This document shows positions 50,501-62,427 of a stretch of DNA of 64,000 nt, piece after piece; position 1 is the stretch's first letter, and each line of letters starts with the position of its first letter. Below the pieces are notes generated by a model that saw only the letters and a list, made by a program, of their open reading frames with translations, was not told where the DNA came from and searched no databases. A program made the translations under genes and the position numbers. Origin of the DNA: Glycera tridactyla (lineage: Eukaryota); the NCBI GenBank assembly GCA_965644265.1, contig OZ286461.1, positions 109,740,001-109,804,000 on the forward strand. Reading direction: 5' to 3'.

Positions 50501-53500
50501 CAGGTCATGACCTTGACTTTGAAAACTTCAAGCTACATCCATCAAATTTTGCCAGATATGCACCAATGAATGGGGGACAATCCCATCGAATGTGGTTGAC
50601 CTCGACTTTCACCTTCAAGGTCATGACCTTGACATTCAAAATATTTTGTTACTCCTATAACATGAGAACGCTTGGAGCTACATTCACCAGATTTACACCA
50701 TATATGCACCACTGAAAGCAAAAGAAGCCTATCAAATGTCAGTGACCTTGACCTTCATCTTTCAGGTCATGACCTTGACTTTGCTTCAAGCTACATCCAT
50801 CAAATTTCTGCCAGATATGTACCAATGAATGGGGATAATCCCATCAAATGTGGTTGACCTCATCCTTCACCTTCAAGGTCATGACCTTGACATTAAAAAT
50901 GCTTTGTTACTCCAATGACATGAGAACGCTTGGAGCTACATTCACCAGATTTACACTATATATGCACAATTGAAAGCAAAAGAAGCCCATAAAATGGTGA
51001 GTGACCTTGATCTCCATCTCCCAGGTCATGACCTTGTTACTGCAATTACTTGAGAATGCTTGGAGCAAAAGATTATGCTTGCTAGATTCAGCTGCTTGGA
51101 TGAATTAGCGGCGCACATGCGTGCCATTTGTGCATTTATGCCTTGTTTGGTTTCCGGGCAATAACTCCACAATGACTAAAGCTATCTAATTGAAACTTGG
51201 TGTGTACATTTACAATAACAAAAGACAGAACTGATTCGATTTTGGGTTTGATACATTGGATTTCAAGGTCACCTGAGTGCAAAAAGGTCATATGTGGTTT
51301 CCGACCGATAACATCACAATGAATTCAGCTATCTAATTGAAACTCGACGTGTGCATTCACAGTACCATGAGACAGAACTGATTTGATTTTGGGTTTGCTA
51401 CATCGGCTTTCAAGGTCACTTGAGTGCAAAAAGGTCATATGTGGTTTCCGGCCGATAACATCACAATGAATGCAGCTATCTAATTGAAACTCGGCGTGTG
51501 CATTCACAATATCATGAGACAGAAATGATTTGATTTTGGGTTTGCTACATCGGATTTCAAGGTCACCTGAGTGCAATCAAGGTCACCTGAGTGCAAAAAG
51601 GTCATATGTGGTTTCCGGGCACTAACTCCACAATGACTAAAGCTATCTAATTGAAACTTGGTGAGTACATTCACAGTACCAAAAGACAGGACTGATTCGA
51701 TTTTGGGTTTGCTACATCGGATTTCAAGGTCACCTGAGTGCAAAAAGGTCATATGTGGTTTCCGACCGATAACATCACAATGAATTCAGCTATCTAATTG
51801 AAACTCGACGTGTGCATTCACAGTACCATGAGACAGAACTGATTTGATTTTGGGTTTGCTACATCGGATTTCAAGGTCACTTGAGTGCAAAAAGGTCATA
51901 TGTGGTTTCCGGCCGATAACATCACAATGAATGCAGCTATCTAATTGAAACTTGGCGTGTGCATTCACAGTACCATGAGACAGAACTGATTTGATTTTGG
52001 GTTTGCTACATCGGATTTCAAGGTCACTTGAGTGCAAAAAGGTCATATGTGGTTTCCGGCCGATAACATCACAATGAATGCAGCTATCTAATTGAAACTC
52101 GGCGTGTGCATTCACAATATCATGAGACAGAACTGATTCGATTTTGGGTTTGCTACATCGGATTTCAAGGTCACCTGAGTGCAAAAAGGTCATATGTGGT
52201 TTCCGGCCGATAACATCACAATGAATGCAGCTATCTAATTGAAACTCGACGTGTGCATTCACAGTACCATGAGACAGAACTGATTTGATTTTGGGTTTGC
52301 TACATCGGATTTCAAGGTCACCTGAGTGCAAAAAGGTCATATGTGGTTTCCGGCCGATAACATCACCATGAATGCAGCTATCTTATTGAAACTCGGCGTG
52401 TGCATTCACAATATCATGAGACAGAGATGATTTGATTTTAGGTTTGCTACATCGGATTTCAAGGTCACCTGAGTGCAAAAAGGTCGTATGTGGTTTCCGG
52501 CCGATAACATCACAATGAATGCAGCTATCTAATTGAAACTCGACGTGTGCATTCACAGTACCATGAGACAGAACTGATTCGATTTTGGGTTTGCTACATC
52601 AGATTTCAAGGTCGCCTGAGTGCAAAAAGATTATATGTGTCACCTGAGTGCAAAAAGGTCATATGTGGTTTTCGGCCGATAACATCACAATGAATGCAGC
52701 TATCCAATTGAAACTCGACGTGTGCATTCACAGTACCATGAGACAGAACTGATTTGATTTTGGCTTTGCTATGTTATATTTCAGCGTCACTAGGTGATTT
52801 TATTTCGGTCGGCTTTATTGGATTTCAAGGTTACCTGAGGGTGAGAAGGTCATTTGTCGTTCAGGCCAGCAGAGAAGTGGGAGGGGGAGAGCACTACCAT
52901 AATGACTGTGTTGCATAGTATATGCTTGGGAATACTGAAGCATAGCATAACCAACTGCGCAGTCAGCGGGGCACTCGCAATCACTGATTGCATCTAGTTT
53001 CTGCAAGATTTCATGTCAAAGTTTTTCTTTAACCCTTCTACCATCATCAGATCTTGTGCACATGGGCTATAATACATCAGGAATGATATTAAGACAGCAC
53101 TACGTCAAAGTTTTGCGTCAAAGTTTTACGTCAAAGTTTTTCATTGAGGTCTGTAGCTCAGCAACTATGGCCCCTACCAGCACTAGATTTCATACACACA
53201 TACTCCTGAGTATTGGGAAAGGTGTCCATCCATCCATCCAGCATTATCTCAGTTTTGTATCATATTTTTGGGTGAAAAATGCATGTTTTTGAGGATATGG
53301 ACTTCACGTCAAAGTTTTTGTTAGAGTCAGGTGACTCCGCAACCATGGCCCCTACCATCACCAGTTTTCATGTGCACATGCTCCTTTGTGTTACAGGGGA
53401 TGTTTACCCTTCACAGCAGCAGTATCTCAGTTCAGGGTAGTGATTTTGGGGTGAAATTGCTCATTTGTGGGAAATTGGACTTTAGGTCTTAGTTTTTCTT

Positions 53501-56500
53501 CAGGTCAGGTCACTCTTCAACCATGGCCCCTACCTCCACCAGATTTGATGTACACATGCTCCAGTGTATTCTGGGGGGGGGGGGTGCATCCAACCATCAC
53601 CACAGCGGTATGCATGCCAGTCATGTGATGTATCGTAGATTTGGGATAAAACCTCACTTTTTTGACTGGACTCTGACAATTTCAGTGATTTTTGAGTACT
53701 GGGACACACCAAACTCAACAAGGATGCATTTTATTGCATTTCCTTATGAATGCCAGCCATAGATGGGGTCTCCCAATAGGCCTGGTTGGTTTTGGGGTGA
53801 AAATTGTTTTTTCAGAAATGGATTTTTCTAATGATGGTAGCTATTCGTAGGCACTCCAAACTTGGCTTGGATGCAATTCATAGCATTCCCTAATGAATGC
53901 CAGCCATAGATGGGGTCTCCCAATAAGCCTGGTTGGTTTTGGGGTGAAAATTGGTTTTTCAGAAATGGATTTTTCTAAAGATGGTGGCTGTTCATAGGTA
54001 CTCCAAACTTGGCTTGGATGCAATTCATAGCATTCCCTAATGAATGCCAGCCATAGATGGGGTCTCCCAATAGGCCTGGTTGGTTTTGGGGTGAAAGTTG
54101 GTTTTTCAGAAATGGGTTCTTCTGAAGATGGTGGCTGTTCGTAGCCACACCAAACTTGGCATGGATGCAATTTATAGCATTCCCTAATGAATGCCAGCCA
54201 TAGATGGGGTCTCCCAATAGGCTTGGTTGGTTTTGGGGTGAAAATTGTTTTTTCAGAAATGGATTTTTCTAAAGATGGTGGCTGTTCATAGCCACACCAA
54301 ACATGACTTGGATGCAATTCATATTATTCCCTAATGAATGCCAGCCATAGATGGGGTCTCCCAAAAGACCTGGTCGGTTTTGGTGTGAAAATTGGTTTTT
54401 CAGAAATGGATTTTTCTAAAGATGGTGGCTGTTCATAGGTACTCCAAACTTGGCTTGGATGCAATTCATAGCATTCCCTAATGAATGCCAGCCATAGATG
54501 GGGTCTCCCAATAGGCCTGGTTGATTTTGGGGTGAAAGTTGGTTTTTGTCCCCCGCCGGAACACCGGAAGGGGGACTATAAAATAGTGGGCGTCTGTCCG
54601 TCCGTCCGTCCGTGTGTCCCTTGTCCGTCCGGTGTCCGTCCGGTGTCCGTCCGCGCACGCCAACTTTGCGGAACCTGTATCTCTGGAACCGCTGCACCGA
54701 TTCAAACGAAATCAAGTTTCCTGGAAGCGTCTTGATGTGTAGGTGTGCACTGGCATGTTTATTCTGGATTTGGGCATGTGATTGCCTGCCCACGGGGCAG
54801 GTGAAATGTGAAAAACTTCAGGATGTCATCAGGATTTTGCGGAGCTCATATCTCCACTATGGCTGCACCGATTCACACGAAATCAAGTTTCCTGGAAGCG
54901 TCTTGATGTGTAGGTGTGCACTGGCATGTTTATTTCGGAATTGGGCATGTGATAGCCTGCCCACGGGGCAGGTGAAATGTGAAAAACTTCAGGATGTCAT
55001 CAGGATTTTGTGGAACTCATATCTCCACTATGGCTGCACCGATTCACACCAAATCAAGTTTTCTGGAAGCGTCTTGATATGTAGATGTGCACTGGCACAT
55101 TTATTCTGAATTTGGGCATGTGATTGCCTGCCCACGGGCAGGTGAAATGTGAGAAACTTCAGGAGGTCATCAGGATTTTGCGGAACTCATATCTCCACTA
55201 TGGCTGCACCGATTCACACCAAATCAAGTTTTCTGGGAGCGTCTTGATGTGTAGGTGTGCACTGGCACGTTTATTCTGAATTTGGGCATGTGATTGCCTG
55301 CCCCACGGGCAGGTGAAATGTGAGAAACTTCAGGAGGTCATCAGGATTTTGCGGAACTCATATCTCCACTATGGCTGCACCGATTCACACCAAATCAAGT
55401 TTCCTAGAAGTGCAGTGATGTGTAGGTGTGCACTGGCCCATTTATTCTGGCTTCTGCCATGTGATGGGCTGCCCATGGGCAGGTGAAATGTCTGAATGCT
55501 AGGCACTCCCATCCACACTTTGCAGAACTCATATCTCCACAACCGCTCCACCGATTCACACAAAATAAAGTTTTCCTGAAGCGTCCTGATGTGTAGGTAT
55601 GCACTGGCAGATTTATTACAGATTTGTACATGCAATGGGCTGCACATGGGCAGTTGAAATATCTGAAGGACTTCAATATGTCATGCACTCTTATTTGGAC
55701 TTATTGGAACTCATCTCTCTAAAACGGCTTCACCGATCCACATCGAATGAACTTTCCCTTAAGTGTCTTGATGTGTAGCTGTGCACTGACATCTTTATCA
55801 TGGGTTTGGTTAAGTGATGGGTAGCATAGGCTGCCCATTGACATTCAAAATGGTCGATGGTATGGACTTATAGGAACCCATGTAGTGTGGACTGCTGCAC
55901 CAATCCACACTGAATCAACCTTTCTGGAAGCATCTTCTTGAAGAGCTTCAAACACTTCAGGATGGTATGCGCTGTGCAGAATCCATGTATTCAAAACAAA
56001 TGCACTGATTCATACCAAATCATATCTTATTGATCTTTCTCATTGTTCATATGTGCACTGGCACATTTATTCTGAGCTTGGGCAAGTGATGGGCTGCCCA
56101 TGGGCATACTTGAAACACTCCATAATGGCATGCACATTGTCGACCCCATATGAAGAAAACCAACACATTTTTTCTGTGCAGTTCAGGAAGCAGTGGTGCT
56201 CACTGTCATAGTCCCACATCGGCGGGGGACCCCGCATCACTGATGCCTTGTTCAGAAATGGGTTCTTCTGAAGATGGTGGCTGTTCATAGCCACACCAAA
56301 CTTGGCATGGATGCAATTTATAGCATTCCCTAATGAATGCCAGCCATAGATGGGGTCTCCCAATAGGCTTGGTTGGTTTTGGGGTGAAAATTGTTTTTTC
56401 AGAAATGGATTTTTCTAAAGATGGTGGCTGTTCATAGCCACACCAAACATGACTTGGATGCAATTCATATTATTCCCTAATGAATGCCAGCCATAGATGG

Positions 56501-59500
56501 GGTCTCCCAAAAGACCTGGTCGGTTTTGGGGTGAAAATTGGTTTTTCAGAAATGGATTTTTCTAAAGATGGTGGCTGTTCATAGCCACACCAAACCTGGC
56601 ATGGATGCAATTCATAGCATTCCCTAATGAATGCCCACAATGGATGGAGTACCTTTCCAAGCATAATTATGTATTGGGTCTTCCTGTGCAATCAGGAACT
56701 GTATGCACCCATCAAAGAAGCAGCACTGTTTTGTTTGTCTAAACTTTAGATATAAATGCCTTTCTTGAAGCGGCGTGTTGTGTGGCTTCGCCAAGGCGAG
56801 GTCCGCCTTCAGTGAAGGCTATGTTTCTGTATGTTGCTCTGATATCACTGGGATCTATTTCAACATGTATGGTACAAGTGACTTAGTGTTGAGATCAGTA
56901 ATAAAGGCTATACAGCAAGTGGACATTTTGTTTATGAACCACACTCCTGATAAATTAAGTAAGAAAGTACAGGTATATCAGTATGAACCACAGTCCTAAT
57001 AATTTAAGTAAGAATGTATATCACCATTGGTAATTTTAAATCTTGTCTAATAGCCACATACTTTTGAAAATAGAATTTTATATAGTAGAACCTGTCTATA
57101 AAGTCAATCCCTGGTAGCATATGAAAACTGTCTTTCTTGAGTTGGCATTTGTCAAAAGCGTATTTACTATAGAGAATTTGATTGTGTTCAATGTACTGGA
57201 TGGCCTTCATGGGCAAATGACCCTTGTTTAGAGGTGGTCTCTCAAGCATGTTGGACAGTATGTGAAAGTTTTATTGATCACAATCTTGTCAAGTTGTGCA
57301 AATGATCCAGACGGCATTGCTCATACAGGACACAGCTGGGTGGTTGAAATCTTACCGAATCTCATTAAATGTCTACATATTACAGGTGGATGATGTTGCA
57401 CCTCAAAGACAAGAAACTGAAGAGAAGACCAAGACTGCCAAAGAAAATACAGCTAAGACTGCCAAAGAAAATACAGCTAAGACTGCCAAAGAAAATACAG
57501 TTAAGATGACTCCCAAGAAATCACGCCCGGGCAGCAATTCAGGCAAAGCTAAGACCAAAGAGCTGGAGAAATCACCACAAAAAGGCAAGAAAAAAGGTAA
57601 GATATATTTGCCAGTTGTGTATCTTGCATTCATTATTGTGATTTTATGGTTGGTATTTTTGTTCAGAACATTGGAGGAGAATTTAGTTAAATTTTACTCA
57701 TTCAATGATAGGCCTTGAACAATTTACCACAGATACGAATCGATACGTATCGCGATACGCTGCTCACGATACGATATCTCGACGATATATCTCAAGTATT
57801 TTGCAAAAACATCAAGAAATTAGCTTCTCTTTCCTGGCACCCCACACTCGTAATAATAGTCAGAAACTTGCCAAATCCACCCAGGCAGATTGAGGGATGC
57901 TCGAGACCATGATTACCTCGGATTATCGATGAGACGTATTCAAATGATATTTGCCTGCGGCCAAATATGTGGTGTGGAGTGGGCGAAAATGAGGGACTTG
58001 CTGAGAAAACAAGACCTTCGCAACTTTGTGCTTCCTCCACGCAGTGAATGAATGTGATATCTGAACGAATCTCTATATCAAACAAATCCCAGTAACATTG
58101 CGCAGCATACTGTGGAAACAGTTTAGCAATATCTTGTGTAGTTTTCTCATGATGGCGAGGTGAAAAAATGGGACATGACCAAAAGTGAGTGAAAAATCAA
58201 AATGGTGCCTGTCGGAATAATACCACGTGCGCTTGACACTGCTTGCCTTTCAGCGTGAAACACTGCAAGAAATCTTCGTTTTAGAGCACATATATGTATA
58301 CCAATCACTTCCCAGGGCCTGGAATATGACAGATTGATTGATAAATTCTGAAAATACGACGAATATCGCCTCAGCATCCATGGAGAAGACATGAAATCAA
58401 GTGACAGCAGCTCCGGCCTCCATGTATACAATGTGCGCAGAAAATCATCGCAATCTTTCTCCATCATCTTTCAAACAAATTTATTTTTCACAAATGGCTA
58501 CATACATGATTGATCGCAGCAAGACTGTCATTTCACCAGCATCAGTTTATGAAAATATAATTGATTCAAGTTGTTATTTGTGAAATAATACTGCAAGCGC
58601 GAGATGACAACAAGATGCGTAGAAAACGTATTTTCATTGGTTCATTCACCCTGGCTGCGCATATTTTGAAGCAACATGGCTGCGCCCTCGAACAAATTAT
58701 CACGTTTGACGTGTATTTCTTGCTGTTTTTCATCAATTAAACAATTTGACGATATATCGTGGAATTTTTCGGGTGTATCGTGACCAGGCCGATACGGAAA
58801 AAATAATCGATCCATAAGTGTATCGGCGAATCGTTCAAGGCCTATTCAATAAGATCCTCATTAATTATATAGAATACCTGATGAATGAATTGTGTCTTCT
58901 TTTCAGCTGTCAAACTGGCATCCATATTCATGAAGAAAGGCGCAAAAGTGGTGGAAGATGATGACGATGTGGAAATTGTCAGTGTTTGTGTGGACCCAGA
59001 AGCAGAACGAATCCGCAAGGCTTTCCTCATGAGTGGTGTTCCAGAGACATTAAAACGACAGGCATCGCAAACCGGAGCATCGTCCACCGGCGATTACCCG
59101 CCGCTGCCCACAGTGAGCCATGTACAGCAGATACCGGACGAGAATGCAGACTCAGCGCTGGACGTGTGGCATCTACCCAATGTTACAGCGAGTGTTTGCC
59201 GATTTAGAGAAGCTCTCAGCAGTATTGATGTATTACCAACATCTGTGATAAAGGGTTGTCTTGTAAATTACAAGCATCACTCTTCTCCGATATCTGCCGC
59301 AAACAAGGTAAGTGTCTGTCAATTATACAGTCAAACCTGCGATGAGAGAGTGCCATAAATGCCACCAAAATGTGGTCTCATGATTTCATCAGAGGTATTT
59401 CTGACTATGTCAAGTAGAAAAGCTGGCCACAAACAGTAATCTCCCAGCAAATGTGGTCTTGTCAGGGGCCTTGCACAGTTTTCAATGTTTTTGGTTTAAA

Positions 59501-62406
59501 AATAACAAACATTGAAGAAACCACCTGATGTGCCCATTCACGTGCCTTCTGGAGATGGCATCGCATCATCGTACTTCAGCCCAACTATAAATGATGATAA
59601 CAGTAGCTTTATATCAGTGATGTCAATTCTCTAAAAAATCTATGGAATTCCAAAAAAATGATGGGAGATTGATGATGACAGAAGCTTTATATCAGTGATG
59701 TCAATTCTCTAAAAAAATCTATGGAATTCCAAAAAAATGATGGGAGATTGAAATAGAGTAGCTGCTTCAATCTTTCCATAATATGTATGAGTATCTTTTA
59801 TGGAAAACCACACCATGTTTGGGAAACATCATTTCCGTTAACATCTCTTCGTTTTTGGGAGAGAGGGGGTGCTGTGACTCTGGCCAAAATACTTCCAAGT
59901 GACACTATGCTTCAACTTATTGGCATCATTGTTGAGATGCAGGGACTGCCATCATGGTGGACAGCCTTGGGTGCCTTAGCCAACCACCGGCCATGTGGGG
60001 TCCGGATCAAATCCCCTGTTCCCCAAAATAGCAATCCAGTGGGGAATATCTGCCTTCCTGAACATTTCTCATGATTAAGTTAGATACTTCAGGTTGTATG
60101 TGAAGCCCGGGTGCCCAATGCTACACTCACTATGTACATATTTGTATCAGTCACTTATTGATTTCAACTATTAAGTGTGTTTTTCAATCTGACTCTGGAA
60201 ATGGGATATGACATGCATCACCCTTGAGTGTTTTGTTTTTTTGTAGAATTTCAAAGGTTATTCATCCATATCAGAAGAAGCTATACGGTATTTATTGGCA
60301 GAGATCAGTGTTTTCAATCCATCTTACCCAGTACGGAGAGTGTATCGGCAGCTACTGCAGAAGAAGCAACTGGCGGAGGGAAAACTGGACAGTGAAAAGG
60401 GTATGTTTGTGTCACTGTATCTGTGGAAATTTACTAACCAGGCAATTTAGAAAACCATTATCTTTTGATGCAGTCATCGTGTGATAGAAATAGTGGAACT
60501 GTTAACGCACTAAAGTGACCCTCAACATTGATCAGTGTAGCCATCATGCCTCAGCAATATCCCGCTGCTTGATTGTTTACTTCTCACTATCTCCAGGACT
60601 GCTTCTAAAGTCAGAATTGCCCAGTTGCCGCTTCAATAGAACAATGAGCATTTCCGATAAATGATCACTATTTGAGGGCCTAAAGTCTGACAATCTACAT
60701 GTCTCATACTCTGGAAGAAATATTGATTGTTTTCATATGATGGAGCTATCATGATCATGACATGTAGAATAACTGTCATCTCACATTTAACTCTTTTAAC
60801 ACTGTATTTTTTTTACTTAATCCAGAGGTGGCACCTATAGAGACACCAAAGGAGACAAAACCAAAGGGTCGCAAGAGAAAGCTGGAGTTGACTAAAGAAG
60901 AGGCGCTGGAAGTTACGCCCCTCCGACGTAGTAAACGACGGCGAGCATCTATTGACTGTGAAGTGGTCATCATCGGTGCTTCACCTGAACCTAAACCAAG
61001 TGAAGAGGGAAGCACAGAAGATACCTCTCAGAAGAAAACCATCAGTGATAAACCTGAAAGTAAGTGAGATATGCCAGCCATTTCATGTTGTTGATTGGGT
61101 CATTGGAAGGAGATTTCACTGATCCTGTTGAGAATTCACTGTTGAGTAGATCTATTATTATATACACAGTTGAACCTGTGAAGGGGCCCTCGGAGGGGAT
61201 ACCACCTATTGAAAAGAACACTTGCCGAACTGTTTCTAATTGTCCTCCAGATATTCCTCTGATAAGAGACCTCATTTGTTGGACCACATTTGCCATTCAA
61301 AGGACATTAAGTTAGAAAATGACACAGCCATGATGGCAAAAATCTGTATGTTTCATCTGTTATCATAGCCTGAGAGCTGGGTCTGATAAAAATTGCTAAT
61401 CATTTGTTTTGTTATCTCTTACAGTATATTGCATGCAGTGGTCAGAGAAGTATCGGCCGACAGAACACCAGGAAATGTTTGGTAACACCAGTACTGTCAA
61501 GCGGTTACATGGTTGGCTCGAGGAATGGAAACAGAGGACAGATTTAGAAATAAGGAAAATGAAGAAACAGCTGCTCAAACAAGCGAAGCGTGATAATACA
61601 AGCAAGGAGGAAATTAAAAAGGGTAAAATATATTGGGACATCAGCTGACCACTTCGCTATAAATCATGGATTAGTCTGTATGTCTTAGCATGTTCTCTTC
61701 TCTCAAAGTACCAGCACACATGAACATATGGCCTTACCAGGCATGCAGTTCATCTCCCTCAATAAGCACATGTGTAAGCACTCTCATCGGATTAGCATAG
61801 TTAGTGGCGTCAGATTAGGTTGTTTTGCTGACGTCACATGGTGACCTAGGTGGACCAGGCGGAACTCGACCCTCAGGTTGTCGGTTCGGTTGGCTTTGGC
61901 CCTCATAACCCAGTTCTCCTAAGTCCACCTGCATCTCTCCTATGGGTCAGCAGGCCTGGATTTCATCCTAGTTCCCCATGGATCGACAGGAGATGGCCCA
62001 TCATTCTGAGATATGGCCCATGGCTACATGGTGTTTCTAGTACATGGGCCCTGGGCCTATTCACCTTTTGGAAAATCTGAAGGCCTGTATATCAGTAGGA
62101 TATACGAATGTCCCGACCTTTCTGTTATTCTAGTAGGTCATTATTATCAGCAGTGACATTTGTATCATTCATGAATTGGTTGTTTATTCACCATTTGAAA
62201 TCATTTGTGTTTGTTGTAATCTTGCAGAATGTGATTGGTGGACAGATGATGACAGTGATTTCGATCTTGGGAGCAGTGACGAAGACAGCGACTATGATGA
62301 TGACGATGCTGAAGATGGTCTCTGTAACACGCAGCTTTTATGCGGACCTCATGGGCTGGGCAAAACTGCTCTAGTTTATGCCTTGGCAACTCAGCTTGGT
62401 TACAAG
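38477..62406 (+). CDS. ATAD5: ATPase family AAA domain-containing protein 5 (Elg1, PCNA unloader), 5' part; gene continues beyond the window
   Basis: Phase-compatible GT-AG exons 38477-38524, 41779-44213, 45183-45252, 47875-48120, 57386-57596, 58907-59307, 60247-60400, 60826-61059, 61425-61622, 62228-62406. Motifs VVSYEDFL, TLTISADIH, KAFLMSGVPETLKRQ, WSEKYRP..LHGWLEEWK and LCNTQLLCGPHGLGKTALVYALATQLGYK (Walker A) match ATAD5. Confidence 0.92.
38948..41454. mobile_element. Composite of nested non-autonomous DNA transposons in an ATAD5 intron
   Basis: Outer TIRs CAGGGTTCACAC/GTGCGAACCCTG with tgaca on both flanks. Inner element 39509-41064 has TAGGCCTTGGATTTTTCC/GGAAAAGTCCAAGCTCTA ends and catttg on both flanks. 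Further fragments lie inside. Confidence 0.55.
41779..44213 (+). CDS. ATAD5: ATAD5 large (2435-nt) exon, disordered N-terminal region
   Basis: Within ORF 41758-44217; acceptor catttcag, donor AA/GTAAGT; contains SYEDFL. Confidence 0.9.
45183..45252 (+). CDS. ATAD5: ATAD5 small exon
   Basis: Polypyrimidine acceptor; phase 2 in and phase 0 out, needed to join 44213 to 47875. Confidence 0.7.
45342..46897 (+). mobile_element. Helentron-associated (HINE-like) element, family D, copy 1
   Basis: 5' subTIR gtcccccgccg with hairpin, (GTCC)n, ~170-bp tandem core, 3' subTIR cggcgggggac (46865-46875), palindrome GCATCA-C-TGATGC (46879-46891), cttgtt end. Near-identical to 54548-56252. Confidence 0.85.
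47613..47754. mobile_element. Tc1/pogo-type MITE with TA flanks
   Basis: TA/CTGTAAAACC ... GGTTTTACTG/TA. Confidence 0.65.
47875..48120 (+). CDS. ATAD5: ATAD5 exon
   Basis: VANNHAQKLLQRAK..LRRSSRH..AISE; phase 0/0; exact donor less certain. Confidence 0.75.
49449..53000 (+). mobile_element. HINE-like element B nested in A, with 147-bp array at ~51150-52790
   Basis: T-run/GTGCCCCGC with 5' hairpin, (GTGC/GGGT)n, 3' subTIR GCGGGGCAC (52966-52974), palindrome GCAATCA-C-TGATTGC (52977-52991), atctagttt end. Confidence 0.85.
49558..51148 (+). mobile_element. HINE-like element C nested in B, with 262-bp array at ~50210-51050
   Basis: TTTTT/GGCACGCAT with 5' hairpin, (GTCCGGCC)n, 3' subTIR ATGCGTGCC (51117-51125), short palindrome gcatttatgc, cttgttt end. 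Confidence 0.8.
54548..56252 (+). mobile_element. HINE-like element family D, copy 2, nested in the 147-bp array of A
   Basis: Same termini as 45342-46897; the flanks rejoin as the array unit gaaagttggtttttcagaaatgggttc seen uninterrupted near 54092-54120. Confidence 0.9.
57386..57596 (+). CDS. ATAD5: ATAD5 exon with a 24-bp coding repeat (KTAKENTA)
   Basis: Acceptor tattacag, donor G/GTAAGA; aagactgccaaagaaaataca(g) three times in tandem. Confidence 0.8.
57709..58844. mobile_element. hAT-type non-autonomous transposon
   Basis: Perfect 12-bp TIRs TAGGCCTTGAAC/GTTCAAGGCCTA; 8-bp flanks ttcaatga/ttcaataa (7/8 match). Confidence 0.85.
58907..59307 (+). CDS. ATAD5: ATAD5 exon
   Basis: KLASIFMKK..AERIRKAFLMSGVPETLKRQ..PTVSHVQQ; acceptor cttttcag, donor AAG/GTAAGT. 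Confidence 0.9.
59592..59752. repeat. 78-bp tandem duplication
   Basis: gctttatatcagtgatgtcaattctctaaaaaa..gggagattga at 59606 and 59684. Confidence 0.9.
60247..60400 (+). CDS. ATAD5: ATAD5 exon (not in the ORF track)
   Basis: NFKGYSSISEEAIRYLLAEISVFNPSYPVRRVYRQLLQKK; acceptor ttttgtag, donor G/GTATGT; phases fit. Confidence 0.8.
60826..61059 (+). CDS. ATAD5: ATAD5 exon
   Basis: Basic, NLS-like KGRKRK and RRSKRRR; acceptor aatccag, donor A/GTAAGT. Confidence 0.85.
61425..61622 (+). CDS. ATAD5: ATAD5 exon, start of the AAA module
   Basis: WSEKYRP..MFGN..VKRLHGWLEEWK, typical of RFC large subunits. Confidence 0.92.
62228..62406 (+). CDS. ATAD5: ATAD5 exon with acidic tract and Walker A
   Basis: DDDSDFD..LCNTQLLCGPHGLGKTALVYALATQLGYK; donor AAG/GTAGGT. 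Confidence 0.93.
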
Positions 62407-62427
62407 GTAGGTGTCATCTTTATACAG

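Larger units (their letters stand above)
49320..56826 (+). mobile_element. HINE-like element A (outer host of B, C and D), with 147-bp array at ~53690-54547 and 56253-56640
   Basis: TTTTT/ACCTCGCCT at 49320, (GGCGTC)n, matching 3' subTIR AGGCGAGGT (56794-56802), palindrome GCCTTCA-G-TGAAGGC (56805-56819), tatgttt end. Confidence 0.8.

Noticed and set aside
51325-55109. ORFs with 49-aa and 57-aa repeats
   Set aside because: They arise because 147 and 171 are multiples of three in non-coding HINE arrays; frames are open on arbitrary strands.
50200-56640. Regular arrays that might be read as CRISPR
   Set aside because: Units are contiguous long repeats with no unique spacers, and the context is a eukaryotic intron.
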